DNA of 64,000 nt, taken from assembly GCA_029953675.1 (NCBI GenBank), contig JAMWBK010000005.1, forward strand, positions 372,001-436,000, given 5' to 3'. Position 1 is the stretch's first letter, and every line of letters starts with the position of its first letter. Made by a program: the position numbers and the translations under genes. Below are positions 25,347 to 37,018 of this stretch, in pieces. Source of the stretch: Rhodosorus marinus CCMP1338 (taxonomy: Eukaryota; Plantae; Rhodophyta). The notes beneath the pieces are model-generated. The model ran no database searches. It was not told the DNA's origin and saw only the letters and a program-made list of their open reading frames with translations.

Positions 25347-27185
25347 ATGGCTGGTGAACCGCGGAGTAAGGAGACTGTCACTTTCGCGGCTGCTCCGTTT
25401 ATCGAGAGCTCGCCGTTGACAAGCTCAAATCATACTACTACGGGAAACACTAATGTGGATGATAGTGAAAAACTGAGCAGACTTCTCGACGTTCCATTGT
25501 CGTCCAGAAGTATTTTCTTGAACGATGAAACGAATGCGGATGACAATCTGAGGGCAGAACTCGAGGAAGCGGCTTCGAGAAATGAGGTCAGAAAAAAGAG
25601 GCGCAGGGGAAGGTTGGGAAAGTTTTTAAGTGCGTGCCGAATGAATTTGTTTGACTGCTTCATGGTTCCAGACGAGCTGCCAGAGGTGGGGAAGCTTTCG
25701 TTCAAGACAAAGGTCCAGTTCGTGCTGCAGTCTAGGGGTGTCTTTTGGTTCACTTTGTTCGTGTTGGTTTTAAACATTCTGATTTTCTCCTGGGAGTTCA
25801 ACCAACAAGAGTGGGAAGGGCTGCAGACAACAATCTTAACATTACAGTTGATCTTTAACACTCTCTTCGCAACTGAAATCGGGCTAAGAATTTGGGTATC
25901 CGGAGTGAAGAACTATTTCCGCAACGCCTGGCATTTAATTGACTTCCTTCTGGTCGCCGTGGCTTTAATATCGGTGTTGTTTTGCTCAATTATTGTATTC
26001 GCGCACATCCTAAAGGGCAGCGAATTTTACATATGTAACTTTCGGCATTTGATTATTCTCCGGTTGATCCCTGTCGTTCAACGTTTATCTGAAGATGATC
26101 TCCAGTTACGAGTGGAACATGATGCTTCTCAACTGGATGTACATGGGCTGACAATTGCGTCACACGAGCTCCGAAAAGGGAGGAAGCTCGGCGCGGGGGC
26201 CTTCGCGGAGGTGTATTTAGGTCTTTACTCGGGCACGCTCGTTGCCGTGAAGGTTCTTCATGATACAGAGACGGAGAATTCTGAAGCTTTTCACCGAGAG
26301 GTTAACATTCTGACCCTGCTTAGGCATCCCAATATTGTGCTTTTCATGGGTGTAGTGGATGAAGCTGACAAGCTCTGGTTCATAACGGAGTACTGTGCCA
26401 AGGGATCTCTAAACTCACTTCTTGGGGACGAAGCTCTGTTCCCGTCGGGTGCAATAACGCAACTTACCTTGCAATTAGCAGTCGACATTTGCAGGGGTAT
26501 GGCTTACCTTCATGGGCACAAGAGGCCGATTCTGCATCGCGACTTGAAAACAGCAAATGTTCTCGTGTCAATGTCACTAGAAGCGAAGGTGTCTGATTTC
26601 GGAGAAAGTGTAATTCGCTTGAACGTGAAGAAATCGTCGCCGATAGTGGGGACAGTACAGTACACCGCTCCAGAGGTTTTGAGGGCAGAAGAGTATGCAG
26701 CACCAGCCGATATTTATTCTCTTGGGGTAGTTTTATGGGAAATGGCTTCGAAAGAGCTTCCATATCGAAACAAAAATCTGGTTCATGTCGGCTACTCTGT
26801 TGGCTTTGAAGGATTGCGACCGGATATGATCGCCTTCCCGAAAGCCTATTTACCGGAGACGAATTCCTTCAAGGGAGGTGACCATTCCATGTTCACTAGA
26901 GCCGAGCTATCCGAGAGGAGATCATCAGACGTAATTCGTAGATATAGGGAGCTTGTGGAGCGCTGCTGGGATGAGGAGCCGGAGCTCAGACCCTCCGCAT
27001 CGGCATGTCTCTCGGAGCTGGAGAGCATTCGCAGTTTAGCAGGATGTAGCGTTATGTCTATTGAGGATTTGGAGGACCAATCCGCGGAACCAATGAAGAC
27101 TGAGACTGGCGAGCAATTCCTGCCCAGCGGGGTGGACTTCTTCCCGACGTCGAGAGCAGACTCAGATTCGAGATTAGATGTGTGA
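25347..27185 (+). CDS. Voltage-sensor-like domain (S1-S4, no pore) fused to a TKL/Raf-like protein kinase; single exon, 612 aa
   Basis: Four TM helices: FVLVLNILIFSWE (S1), LFATEIGLRIW (S2, F-x-x-E-x-x-x-R), YFRNAWHLIDFLLV (S3, conserved Asp), FRHLIILRLIPVVQRL (S4). Then kinase motifs LGAGAFAEV, VAVK, REVNIL, HRDLKTANVLV, DFG, GTVQYTAPE, DIYSLGVVLWEM, RCW...RPS. Confidence 0.9.
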   Translation: MAGEPRSKETVTFAAAPFIESSPLTSSNHTTTGNTNVDDSEKLSRLLDVPLSSRSIFLNDETNADDNLRAELEEAASRNEVRKKRRRGRLGKFLSACRMNLFDCFMVPDELPEVGKLSFKTKVQFVLQSRGVFWFTLFVLVLNILIFSWEFNQQEWEGLQTTILTLQLIFNTLFATEIGLRIWVSGVKNYFRNAWHLIDFLLVAVALISVLFCSIIVFAHILKGSEFYICNFRHLIILRLIPVVQRLSEDDLQLRVEHDASQLDVHGLTIASHELRKGRKLGAGAFAEVYLGLYSGTLVAVKVLHDTETENSEAFHREVNILTLLRHPNIVLFMGVVDEADKLWFITEYCAKGSLNSLLGDEALFPSGAITQLTLQLAVDICRGMAYLHGHKRPILHRDLKTANVLVSMSLEAKVSDFGESVIRLNVKKSSPIVGTVQYTAPEVLRAEEYAAPADIYSLGVVLWEMASKELPYRNKNLVHVGYSVGFEGLRPDMIAFPKAYLPETNSFKGGDHSMFTRAELSERRSSDVIRRYRELVERCWDEEPELRPSASACLSELESIRSLAGCSVMSIEDLEDQSAEPMKTETGEQFLPSGVDFFPTSRADSDSRLDV

Positions 27186-27575
27186 GCCTCGAGTACTTCA
27201 CGTTAAAGAGACGATGAGGAAAGAACTTGTAGGGTGGCACAAGAATGCCGCAGTGGAGTAGGCGAGAGGGAGTAGATTTCACGGGGGTTTGCAGCTTCTT
27301 GTATTATGAGTACATTCATAGCAGATATATAACTTTGTATACTATTAAACGGGCACGTATCTATGCGATTCCGAGATGGTGAAGTTCTGGTTGGATAATT
27401 CGAATGGACTACTTGTGCACATGAAGTTGTCGAGGAGATCTGGTCCTTGCAAGCGGTTGCCTCTGTTAATGCGAGAAAGCCCTTCGATCCCACTCATCTG
27501 GTGGATACTTGCACGCCTACACAATTGAGGGCGGGTTTCCCTTCGTGTGTTTGCGCCAAGTGAGCATGTCATGTC

Positions 27576-30500
27576 CTACCATCGACGGCGCTTGGCGGGT
27601 GACGTGGTTCTGGGCTTGGGTTCATTCTCCGCCGTTGAAGATGCCATTTTGGAGTCGACATCGCTACCATCAGTGCTCAGCTCGATTTCACTTCGCTTTC
27701 GCCCAATCGAACCCTCCTCATCATCGGATCGCTGCTCTTGGACTACTTGCTTAGAGGCTTCGGAGCCAGTGGAATGCCCCGCGTTGTCATCTGGGATCAA
27801 TGAGAGCTGGCCGAACCCGTAAAATAGAGGAAGCGAGTTGATATCCACATCAGTCTCCCTCTGAGCATCCATGTCCCGTGCCATCATCTTGTTCAGAACC
27901 TCCTCAATCCCGAGGAGGCGCTTCCAGTCAGCAGCGTTTCTTAAAGGCCCAACGGGAACTTGACTCAAGCGGAGCTGAAGAGCAGATTTAACGGTGCTGG
28001 CTCTTTCGTAATGCAGTTTTTGCACAAGGGGAGGAAGCGCTGCTGATAGAAATTTGAGCATCTTGCGATCCGGGGCCGTGTTCATGTTGTATCTTAGGAG
28101 AGCACAGGTTAAGGAGGCCACCGCTGACGTGTCCTTCCAGAACGGATATCTGGCAGTAGGACATTTCAAACAACTCGGCTCAGCTCGAAGAAAATTGACT
28201 GTAGCCAGGGCTTCAATTAGCATTTGGAGATCCTATGAACTGACCTCATAGCCAGAGAGCGAGAAAGGCTAGCCACCATATTCGCGCTTTCGATGTCCTT
28301 CCCGCCCAAAAAAATTAGAGCCCCTAGCTCAAATTCCCATGCGACACTCTGATCCCTGCTACGATTTTTTTCAGCTTACCATTGCTGGTAGTTAACTGTG
28401 CAGAGTAAAAGCAACCGTACCTATCTCTCAGCCGTTGATGGTACTCCCTCGCGAGAAAGAACAGTTCCTGGTCCCTGGAACCCTTTTTAGCGAGCATGGT
28501 CAGTGGCAGGTGAGCAACTCTTTCGGGCAGTCCACCCAAGAGGCAAGCTTGGCATATCGAAGCGAGGCATCGAATCCTCCAATCCTCGAATCCTAATCAT
28601 GAAATTCGCTGCCAGCTTAGATTAGAAAACGTACGCGATGGATCGATATGCTGAAGCTCACGACTTGTACCTTTGGGTTCAACCGCTTCTGACAATCCCA
28701 CTAGGTCCCCGAAGAGAGCACCAACGGTCTCTGAGAGGGCGTGCTCTTCAGCCTGAGCCGCGACGTCCGCGTTTGGAGGGAGCGTGCCAGGGCGACTTTC
28801 TCTTCTGCATTGAGCAGCTAGAATGTCGCAAGCAGATTGAACAGATGCCGCTCTTACTCGAAAGACAGAGTCGTCAGTTGCCAGTCTAGAAAGTCTCGAC
28901 AGGATTTCAGAGGACGAAGCATCCCTTGCCTATGCAAATCAAACGGATGGTAGAATATCATAGTCAACATTTGACAAGGTCAGTCGTGCTCGATGCAAGG
29001 TGTTTTCCCCGCGTACCTTTTGGATGTCAGATTTCCAGGCCCAGTTCAGAAAGTTCAGCTCAATTGCGGGAATCGCAACATTGCCTTCTTCCAACAACTC
29101 AGCTTCCTTCAAGCGATCGTCCAACAAGTCCACGAGGAGGCCACCAAGCTCGCCTACAGGAGCGACAAACCGTGCAAGCACTCCGAAGTTGACCAATCGC
29201 CAGGAGAACTACCACCAAAAAAAAGTTTCTGGATAAGTTCAGAGATACGAGCTCCTCAGGAATGACGAATCCTACCTCATCCTTTTCGCCCAGTCCAGTC
29301 GAGTACGCTCTGTTGAGGTCGGCCTCCGATTCTGAAACCAAGGTTTTCAGCTTCGACCTACATTCCGATACAAATCCGTGCTCGGAATCGGCCAAACTGG
29401 CCCACGTACTATAGACAGCCTCAGAGAATCTCAGATTGCTCGAACTCGACGCACGCTTCCAGTATTCCGCAAGGAAACGCAGCGTGAGATTGAACTCCCG
29501 CTCAAGAAGTGACGATCGGAATACACCGGCGCCAACATGCTGCGATAGTAGCACTACCAGAGTCAGAAGATGCTCATCTCCTTGAAACTTCTCCAGCAAT
29601 AGTGGTAGCTGGGCGGCCAACACGGCAAGGTTGAAAGCAACATTGTTGACTTTCTCCTGGAATTGGGGATTGACCAAAAAAAGTAAATAGTTCACATCTA
29701 TAAGGAAAACTTTTAGGTACAGTGTGTGTGTGATACCTTTGAAGCCGCTGATTGACAGACCACGGCGATGAGTATCATGAGCAGATATTGGGTTTCGGAC
29801 GAATTGAGAGGAGAATCCGGCGAGTCGGTGAGTAGTTCCACGAAAGCCTCAGTGATTCGCAGAGCTGGTAGCTGTTCTCCGATGCTCTTCGCGAACGGCA
29901 TGATCGTCCTCAGCGTAGACGTCGTGGAACGGATCGGTTTGAGTTTATGCAGCATTTTTACGAGCTCAACGATCTCTTTCACTGCGAGATCGTGATCTGG
30001 CACTGTAAGAAGCAAGGACGAGTCAGAACGATGGCACATTTTCGACTACTTGTCAGGGACTTCCGGGATGCTATCGTGATGGCTCAACCTGTTCTCGTCG
30101 ATCTCCTGGGTTTAGTATCGGATCTGATCTGCTTGACAAGCTTCGTCGTTGAAATGGACGGATTATCGTTCCCTCTGATAGTCTCGTATAGCCGCACGGA
30201 TGGACTCAGCCGGCGTTGAACTTCGTCGGAGACCTTGTGCGGTCATCACGGGTTCGAGCGGGTCACAAGAATCAGGAAGATGAAGCTGGGTTGGCGTTTT
30301 CCGCGAGGTTAGGATTAGCGCACGTACTACAGAAGTTGCAGCCTCTCTGATCTTGGGGGAGGTGTCGCGCATGGAGAGGTCGAAGAAGAGCTTGACGTCT
30401 CGCTGCTCATGCAACCCATAATCGAAGATCAGGGCGGATAGCTTTATGGCTAGTACTGCAACAGTGTCGTTCGGATCACGGCAAGCCTCACGGAGTCTCA

Positions 30501-31784
30501 CCCTGAACCGCCTGAGAAGCATCTCCACGTTGGCTACCGGCCCCTGCCATTGCGAAACGAAACGTTAACAAGCAAGTACCCGCTGGCCCCTACTAGCAAC
30601 ATTCAACGTACTAGCGCCTGTAAAATTCTGTCAAGAGCCCGCAGGGCAGAGCACCTGACTGTAGAGTCTTTGTCAAACAGAAGCCATCCAATGTGCTTTA
30701 TGTAGTCTTCGTCCATAAAGCTCTCGGGAGCCGCCTCAATCCATCTGGTGAAGCAAGAAGAGTATTTTCGAATTCATGGACCCGCCCCTCGAATCTACCT
30801 CTTCACACTAGGCGCTCTACGTACCTGGACAGTGCGGTTATCGACAAGGCGCGAATGTCCGGAAAACAATCTCGACTCCTATGGACGAACACTTCCGCGA
30901 AGGTCCTGTCCGAAGTTGCCGCAACCTTGTCCGCCGCGGAAGCCGCAGACTCGAGGGTTCCCTCAATAGAGCCAAGTTTTTCCGATGACCGGCGCCTGCG
31001 AGTAGAGGTCTCCTCTCCTATTTTCTGCTCTAGAGCATTCAGATCGTGCTTAAGCGATCGGTGAAACTGTAGAGGGGGAGGTGGCGATTCAGCGACTAGT
31101 CAGGTGATTCCGCTGAAGGCGTCTCCAACCTCGAGTAAACCATCCATCATGCAGTAGACCGTTAAGCATGAGATGAAGCGGAGTGACCTGGACCCCGACT
31201 CCGATAGCGATATGAGGAACTCCAGCAAATTTTCGAATAGCTCCGACTTGATCAAGTCATCTGGAGGATAGTTAGTAATAAAACGGCGCCAAAACTCCTC
31301 GTAGGCTGCCTGGAACTTTCTTGATTCTGCATCGCTTCCGAAAACCAGGATGTTGCTCCCCACGTCGGATTTTCCTGAACACACCGTGCTTTCGTTTAAG
31401 CCGTTGTCCTGCTTGTCATTCTCGAACTAGTGTGTCGAGACGACCTACCCATGAATTCGGTGAAATCGTTTGCGACACAATCTGCTTGAAGATCGTCAAC
31501 CTTTTTCATGTCCAATTGGAACAGTGATTCTTGGATAGTGTTTGAGTACGAGCTCCTCGTCACCAGTTCCAGCAAATGATACATTTGAAGAGGGGCACCG
31601 TCCTTGCATCTACGAACGCACAATCAGTAAACCTGAGGAGCACGCTACAGAAACAGGAAACTTTATTTTGGCACTGGTGCAGAGCTTACTTTAAGATGAA
31701 TCCCCTCAATGTTGATCCAATACTACTAGCATGATCTCTCAGCACATAGTACAAACCGCCATCATCCCCTGGCGCGACACTCAT
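27576..31784 (-). CDS. SCC3: Cohesin subunit SCC3/STAG (stromalin), multi-exon, divergent
   Basis: STAG domain YEEFWRRFI...LFENLLEFLISLSESGSRSLRFISCL; SCD motif FVHRSRDCFPDIRALSITAL; RLREACRDPNDTVAVLAI; LSMRDTSPKIREAA; C-terminal basic PAKRRRW. First exon MSVAPGDDGGLYYVL starts at 31784. Internal exon boundaries only partly resolved. Confidence 0.85.
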
Positions 31785-31971
31785 TCTAAACGCTCAAAGC
31801 TCTTCAGATGAAGAAACGACCTATCGTCTGCACCTAGGGTGGACAAGTTGGATGTCTCTCTTCTTTCACTCCTCTGCTTCCTTTACCAACTCTCCTTTCA
31901 ACCAGAAAAGTTCTGCGCACTCTCCCGCCCTTTAAAGCCCAATCGGTGCAGCGTCCATCATCATTGTAGCG

Positions 31972-32225
31972 TTCACTCATCAGAGCGGTCACCCATCACA
32001 GTGGTCAACCATCAACGTAAGCACCCATCACAGTAGTCACCCATCAGAGTGGTCACCCATCAGAGTGTTCACCCATCAGTGGTCACCCATCAGAGTGGTC
32101 ACCCATCAGAGTGGTCACCCATCAGAGTGGTCACCCATCAGAGTGGTCACCCATCAGAGTGGTCACCCATCAGAGTGGTCACCCATCAGAGTGGTCACCC
32201 ATCAGAGTGGTTAACATTAGAGTTG
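31972..32225. repeat. 16-bp tandem minisatellite (GTCACCCATCAGAGTG), about 16 units
   Basis: Eight consecutive perfect copies at 32082-32209, with degenerate copies on both sides and one 14-bp unit. Confidence 0.97.
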
Positions 32226-32240
32226 GTCATCCGTCCGGGT

Positions 32241-32700
32241 GGTCATCCGTCAATGTGATCATCCGTCAAAACGTTCGTCAAACTGTCACATGTCAAGGTG
32301 TCACAGGTCAAAATGTCACCCATCAGAGCGCTACCCATCAAAATGGGTCATCCGTCAATGTGGTCAGCCGTCAAAACGTTAGGCAAACTGCCACATGTCA
32401 AGGTGTCGCACGTCAAGATGTCACCCATCAGAGCGCTACCCATCAAAAAGGGTCATCCATCAAGGTGCCCCAAGTGACCCCGTCAGCCATCAAAATTTGT
32501 CCCTGATCAAAGTGTCCCAAGCCAGGGCGTCCAAGCTCATTGTCGATCTGTCACATCTGAATTTGCCACCCGTTCAAATCTTCACCCTTCAAGAATTGTC
32601 GCACGTCAGAAATGAGACGGGTCAGGGAGTCAACCGTCATCGTTCATTTTACATCGCTCGTCACCTGTCATCAGTTTGTGATCAAGAATGCATGTGCTTA
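32241..32700. repeat. Degenerate ~15-bp-period array with a 105-bp (7 x 15) higher-order duplication
   Basis: GGTCATCC(G/A)TCAA begins at 32241, 32346 and 32451 (105-bp spacing); monomers share a GTCA.CC.TCA core that fades out toward 32700. Confidence 0.85.
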
Positions 32701-33559
32701 TGAAATGAACGAAAACAATTAAGGATGTGTTTCAGTTTTTCCATAAATTCACCTAATTTTTAACCAATGACGACTCCGAATACTGTTGTCAGCACGATGC
32801 TACCCCTTTTCATTGGTCAGTAGAAGATATTCAATCGATTTTCTTTTAAATATCGAAACTTTATGAAGTCTTAGGGTCTTAGGTCCCTGAATTGGGGTAT
32901 ATCATCGATGGCTATTCGTACCTGATCTTAATAAGAGCATAAGATTCTTATTAATCGTTTCTGGTCAGAGCTCAAGAAACACAAGAATGAGTCTATGTGC
33001 TGTTGGACAGCCTGTCGATCAGACGAGTGGCACAGGGGGTAGTCGATACAGTTGCGGCAAATTCAACATCTGCATCGGGGTTCCAGCCCCACGAACCATG
33101 TTGATGGTCACCTCTCGAGCCAGCTGCCCTCAGTTTGTCTCCCTAGTCGATACCTAGCAGAACCGGGAGCATGCTGAGAACGCGCATTCACAATAGAACG
33201 ACGCAGAAAAACATAAAAGTTCAAGCCAACTTCGCAGTTTCCTGAGCGGATTCTCCCCAAGGTAAGCCACAGATCCCAAACCAAACGAGCTCCTTGTCAT
33301 GGTCATGAGCTAAGAGACAGCAACCCGAGAGGAGGAAAACTTAGCCTGATGGAGAGATCGGGCCTCACAACCTATGTAGGCGGTTGCAACGCAAGCTCCT
33401 TTTACCGTAGCTGGTGATCTTCAAGGTGTCTGACGACTTCTAAGCTAATGCTGATACGCATCAACGGAACGCCCTTGGAAGTTGTCTGAAACTTCAAAGC
33501 TGGAGTATCGGCTAGGGCTCAGCTCCTCGCTCGAAGGGACAGCCGGGGAGACGAGCAAG

Positions 33560-34000
33560 CCTCCAGTCTTGGGGTGTACGTGGATGATATGGGACAAAAA
33601 ACAGAGGACCATATAGTTGATCCAAAAGAGATACGCTGATAGAGTGTTGACGAACTTCAGCATGAGTGGCTATAGCCACTCAGTCGTACCAATAGGGGAA
33701 CAAGAGAAGAAGTATGCACGCCGAGGACGCCGGTGAGGCAAATTAGCCGTTTCAAGCACTTTTTGAGGTCTCCCGTATACCTGAGCACCAGGAGCAGGCC
33801 AGACCTTGGGTACGCAGTAGGTCAATGTGCAAGACACGTGCACGACTACAAGGCAATTCAATACAATTGGGGGAAGATGATGCTTCGGTATTTGCAGGAA
33901 AGCGTTCAAGGCACGAGGTACTTTAGCTTGAAGCTTGGAGGAATACTCTATGATGGGGAATATCAGATGACGGCTATTCAATACAGAATCCAAGATACGT
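33560..34000 (+). mobile_element. Degenerate Ty1/copia reverse transcriptase relic with an internal deletion
   Basis: LGVYVDDM (YVDD at 33577-33588), QKRYADRVLTNFSMSG, YLSTRSRPDLGYAVGQCARHVH...MLRYL; closely parallels the relic at 20.4 kb. Confidence 0.8.
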
Positions 34001-34673
34001 AATCCACGCCAGAAGGCTAGCCTGTCTCCCAGTCCGGCCGCTCTGTCGCCAACGCCAACCCGACCACGTTGTCGGCGAGGATAGCGTTCGAGAAACCATC
34101 GCTTTACTCTTGAGTATGCTCTATCAAAACCCTGGTACTTTGTCTCTTGTCCATCTCAAGAGTCTCTGTGAGATCGGATGTGGAACAATTTCGCTCAAGT
34201 GGTCACCGTACATCTGCCGAGGAGAATTTCTCATGCTATTCGTTACTAAAGAATGCCGGACTAGAACGTATGAATTTATCCTCAGCCAACTACGTGCCCC
34301 TCAGCATCCACGCAACCAATCACCAAACGTGGCGATTGCCTCAATGGAGCGCAGAGGAAGTACCCTCAACTCACGCAAGTCGAATTCTGTGATACAACGC
34401 TCCGTCTCTCGTAGGCTTAGCGACAAAGGCTCGTTTTTCATTCAGCCTGCTCACAGGCCCAAGTGTAAAATTGTTTAGTAAGGGATCCACGGCGAACCTT
34501 AAGATCCGGCGGAATGAAAACTGAGTGAATCGACAAGAGCACGGAGGAGATGTAGCAAGGTCCCTTTCCAGCAGAGGACGATTCAAGCCCCATCAATCTC
34601 AGGAAAATCCTGACACCAGCGGGAACAAAACCTAGCAATTGAAAACGTCACTCGACCAACGGTGATGAGTTCA

Positions 34674-35681
34674 CTAGATGAGCTTGAGCCTCTTCAAGTC
34701 GTTCTTCGCGAGATATACTCTGTACACTCCACTAAGGATCAAGAACACGCAGGAAAATACGCTGTAGATGACCACGGCTTTGCTGGTCCTCTCACTTTGT
34801 TCGTAGACCTGTCTCTCCATTTGAGCGGTCATCTCAATTCCTTCAGATACACCGTCGAACATTTCCATCACTGTGTCCAGGGTGACTGCAAGCTGCGACG
34901 AGTAACACAATCAAGAAAGCAAGAGACTGTTAGCCTCGCTTTGTAGGGAACAGAAAGCGGAAATCTGTTGAAATATTTCGTACCCGATCAAGACGAGTTT
35001 CGTTGGATTTCACGCTCTCGTTTCTCTTATCACCCGGCTTCTCTGAGTAGTATTTAAGGACGACTTCTCTTCGGGCTTCAACTGCTGCAGAGCCTTTGCT
35101 TCTTTGAATAACACAGAACCTAACGATTTCTCTTTGGGGGATATTGCCCTGACTATCTCTTTCGTTCGACCCGGGCAAGGTGAATTTAAACGCTTCATGC
35201 GCAATAGACCGTTTGGAGAAAAGAACCGCTCCTCCTTTCACCTTCGAGACCTATACAATAAGCATCGCACAACACGGAGCTGCACATCAGCATCAATGAT
35301 TCAATTGATCCGCGAAAGGATCAACCTCCTTGAATAGAAGAGGCTTAAACTTACGAAAATATCGACATGGACATCACCCGGACCGTCAGTCAAAAGGATT
35401 TCTCCCTTAACCTTCAGATGAAGAATCGGAAGGCACGCATAAAAACCCACGTAAGCAAAAAGAGATCTTACATTCAGCTGAAACTACTGCTTTCAAGTGA
35501 GAAAAAGTTTCTTGCACATATATCATACAATTAAGCCCGGAGCAAATCCGTCAAGGATACACCTAGAGCTTGATTTCGGCACCTCAAACTTGATTTCCTC
35601 AGAAACTCCTTCACAGCAAACAACCAAAAATCCGCCCAAAATCAACCCTAAGGAGACCCAAACCCGTCGCCTACCCACCAT
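34674..35681 (-). CDS. p24/emp24/GOLD family cargo receptor (p24-delta-like), 4 exons
   Basis: Signal peptide MVGRRRVWVSLGLILGGFLVVCCEG; GOLD domain RCILDGF..|VKGEILL..|..FKFTL..VRFCV; coiled coil; TM VVIYSVFSCVFLILSGVY; tail LKRLKLI. Confidence 0.8.
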
Positions 35682-37018
35682 CCTTCTTGATTTCTAAACC
35701 GGCTCAACACAAGCAAATCAGAACACCTTTCTCCAAACTTTTGGTTTCTCTGTCCTTCTATTCTTTCAAGATCTCTTCAAGGACTCTTAGATAAACAACT
35801 AGACATCTTTCTCACCCACTCCACACTTCTCGAATCCAATCCAAACCCATTCTACCCCCGATGACAACGACGCTCTTGCCATATCGGTAAGTACTGCAGA
35901 TCTTTGGTAGCAGGCGGTTGTCCTGTATGGCACGCTGTACTTAGTTTCTGAATATTGTATACTAGAGTCTTCTGCATGAGTCTAGCTAGTTGTCCGAAGG
36001 GTTTTGGACTTTGCCAGCGGCTTCAAGCATCCAAAAAATCCTTTCAAGGCAATTTGCACGATGGCGTGTTGGGAAGTTGAGTACTCATTGGGACTGTCGT
36101 AGGAAAGGTCCGACTCCTCATCGTAGATGTTCTCATTCATGAGGTGGGGCTTTGGTGTGTAATCTAGAGTCTCCATTGTTCCAGTATTTTCTCAATTGTT
36201 TTAAGATCTCTGACAGGCTTTAGAAGCCCCAATCTTTTTTCTTTCCTACGTCGGCATTGCCGTAGTGAAGTACGGACTCTTTGGGTCTCTGTTGTAAAGG
36301 CCGTTCCATGCAAGGGCAGCTTCGATGATGGAATGGTGTGTCCAGTATACTTCCTTCCTCTAGCTTTCTTAAGGATCCCAGACTTGGACATGCTCTGGAA
36401 TCCCAAATCCTATCGACGCCGTGTCGGTTGTTCCGTATCGAAGTAGAAAACGGCTCTGGCGATCAGCACGATGCTCGACTGCCGTATTTAACTAGACTCT
36501 TTTAAGATAAGAGTCTGAAGCACCGATTTAGGTCGCGTCAAAGTTTCTTAGGGTTTGCCAGACTTCAGCATCACAGACTCCTCTTTTTCTTGCCTATTTT
36601 GGGTGTTTAGTACTTCTTAGCTCTTAGCTTTGGGATCTGTCCTCAAGCTGATTCAGTGCACGGCCGGTTTCCAGACTGGAACGGTTTATGATAGATCCTT
36701 TATCGAACTAGTATTCTCACGGTGTGTATTCGGTGACCAGCTCAAGGCTTCGGTTTGCTGTACAGAGCTGACGCCGAAAATTCGAGAGAGTCTAAGGAAC
36801 TTGAGCCTTCGCTCATTTCGGAGCGGCAACTTTCCCAGTTGCGGGGGAGTAGTGAAGCAGTCAGAGGGCTCCAATCTCCGTGATTGCGATGTCTAGGTTT
36901 TGATACTCACGAAAGAACTGAGTTTTGTACTTGACATGGAGGAAACGGGATGAAAGACAAGAAGAAGGATCGTGAAGTCAGTGTTTTGGGACGGTGACGA
37001 AGGTAGCGCTTTAGGGCG

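Noticed and set aside
27576-31784. Calling the divergent SCC3 a meiosis-specific paralogue (STAG3/Rec11-like)
   Set aside because: Divergence alone (FVHRSRD for FVHRYRD) cannot separate paralogues without a phylogeny and the genome's SCC3 count.
32049-32506. ORFs with VTHQSGHPSEWSPIR repeats
   Set aside because: A 16-bp unit cycles through all three frames, so these are by-products of the minisatellite; there is no ATG-led gene context.
34300-34520. Weak hAT-like phrase (AQRKYPQLTQV)
   Set aside because: Too short and needs arbitrary frameshifts; not supportable by eye.
35900-36900. Protein-like fragments between the p24 genes (e.g. EVYWTHHSIIEAALAWNGLYNRDP)
   Set aside because: Short, interrupted by stops, with no recognisable family or consistent splice model.
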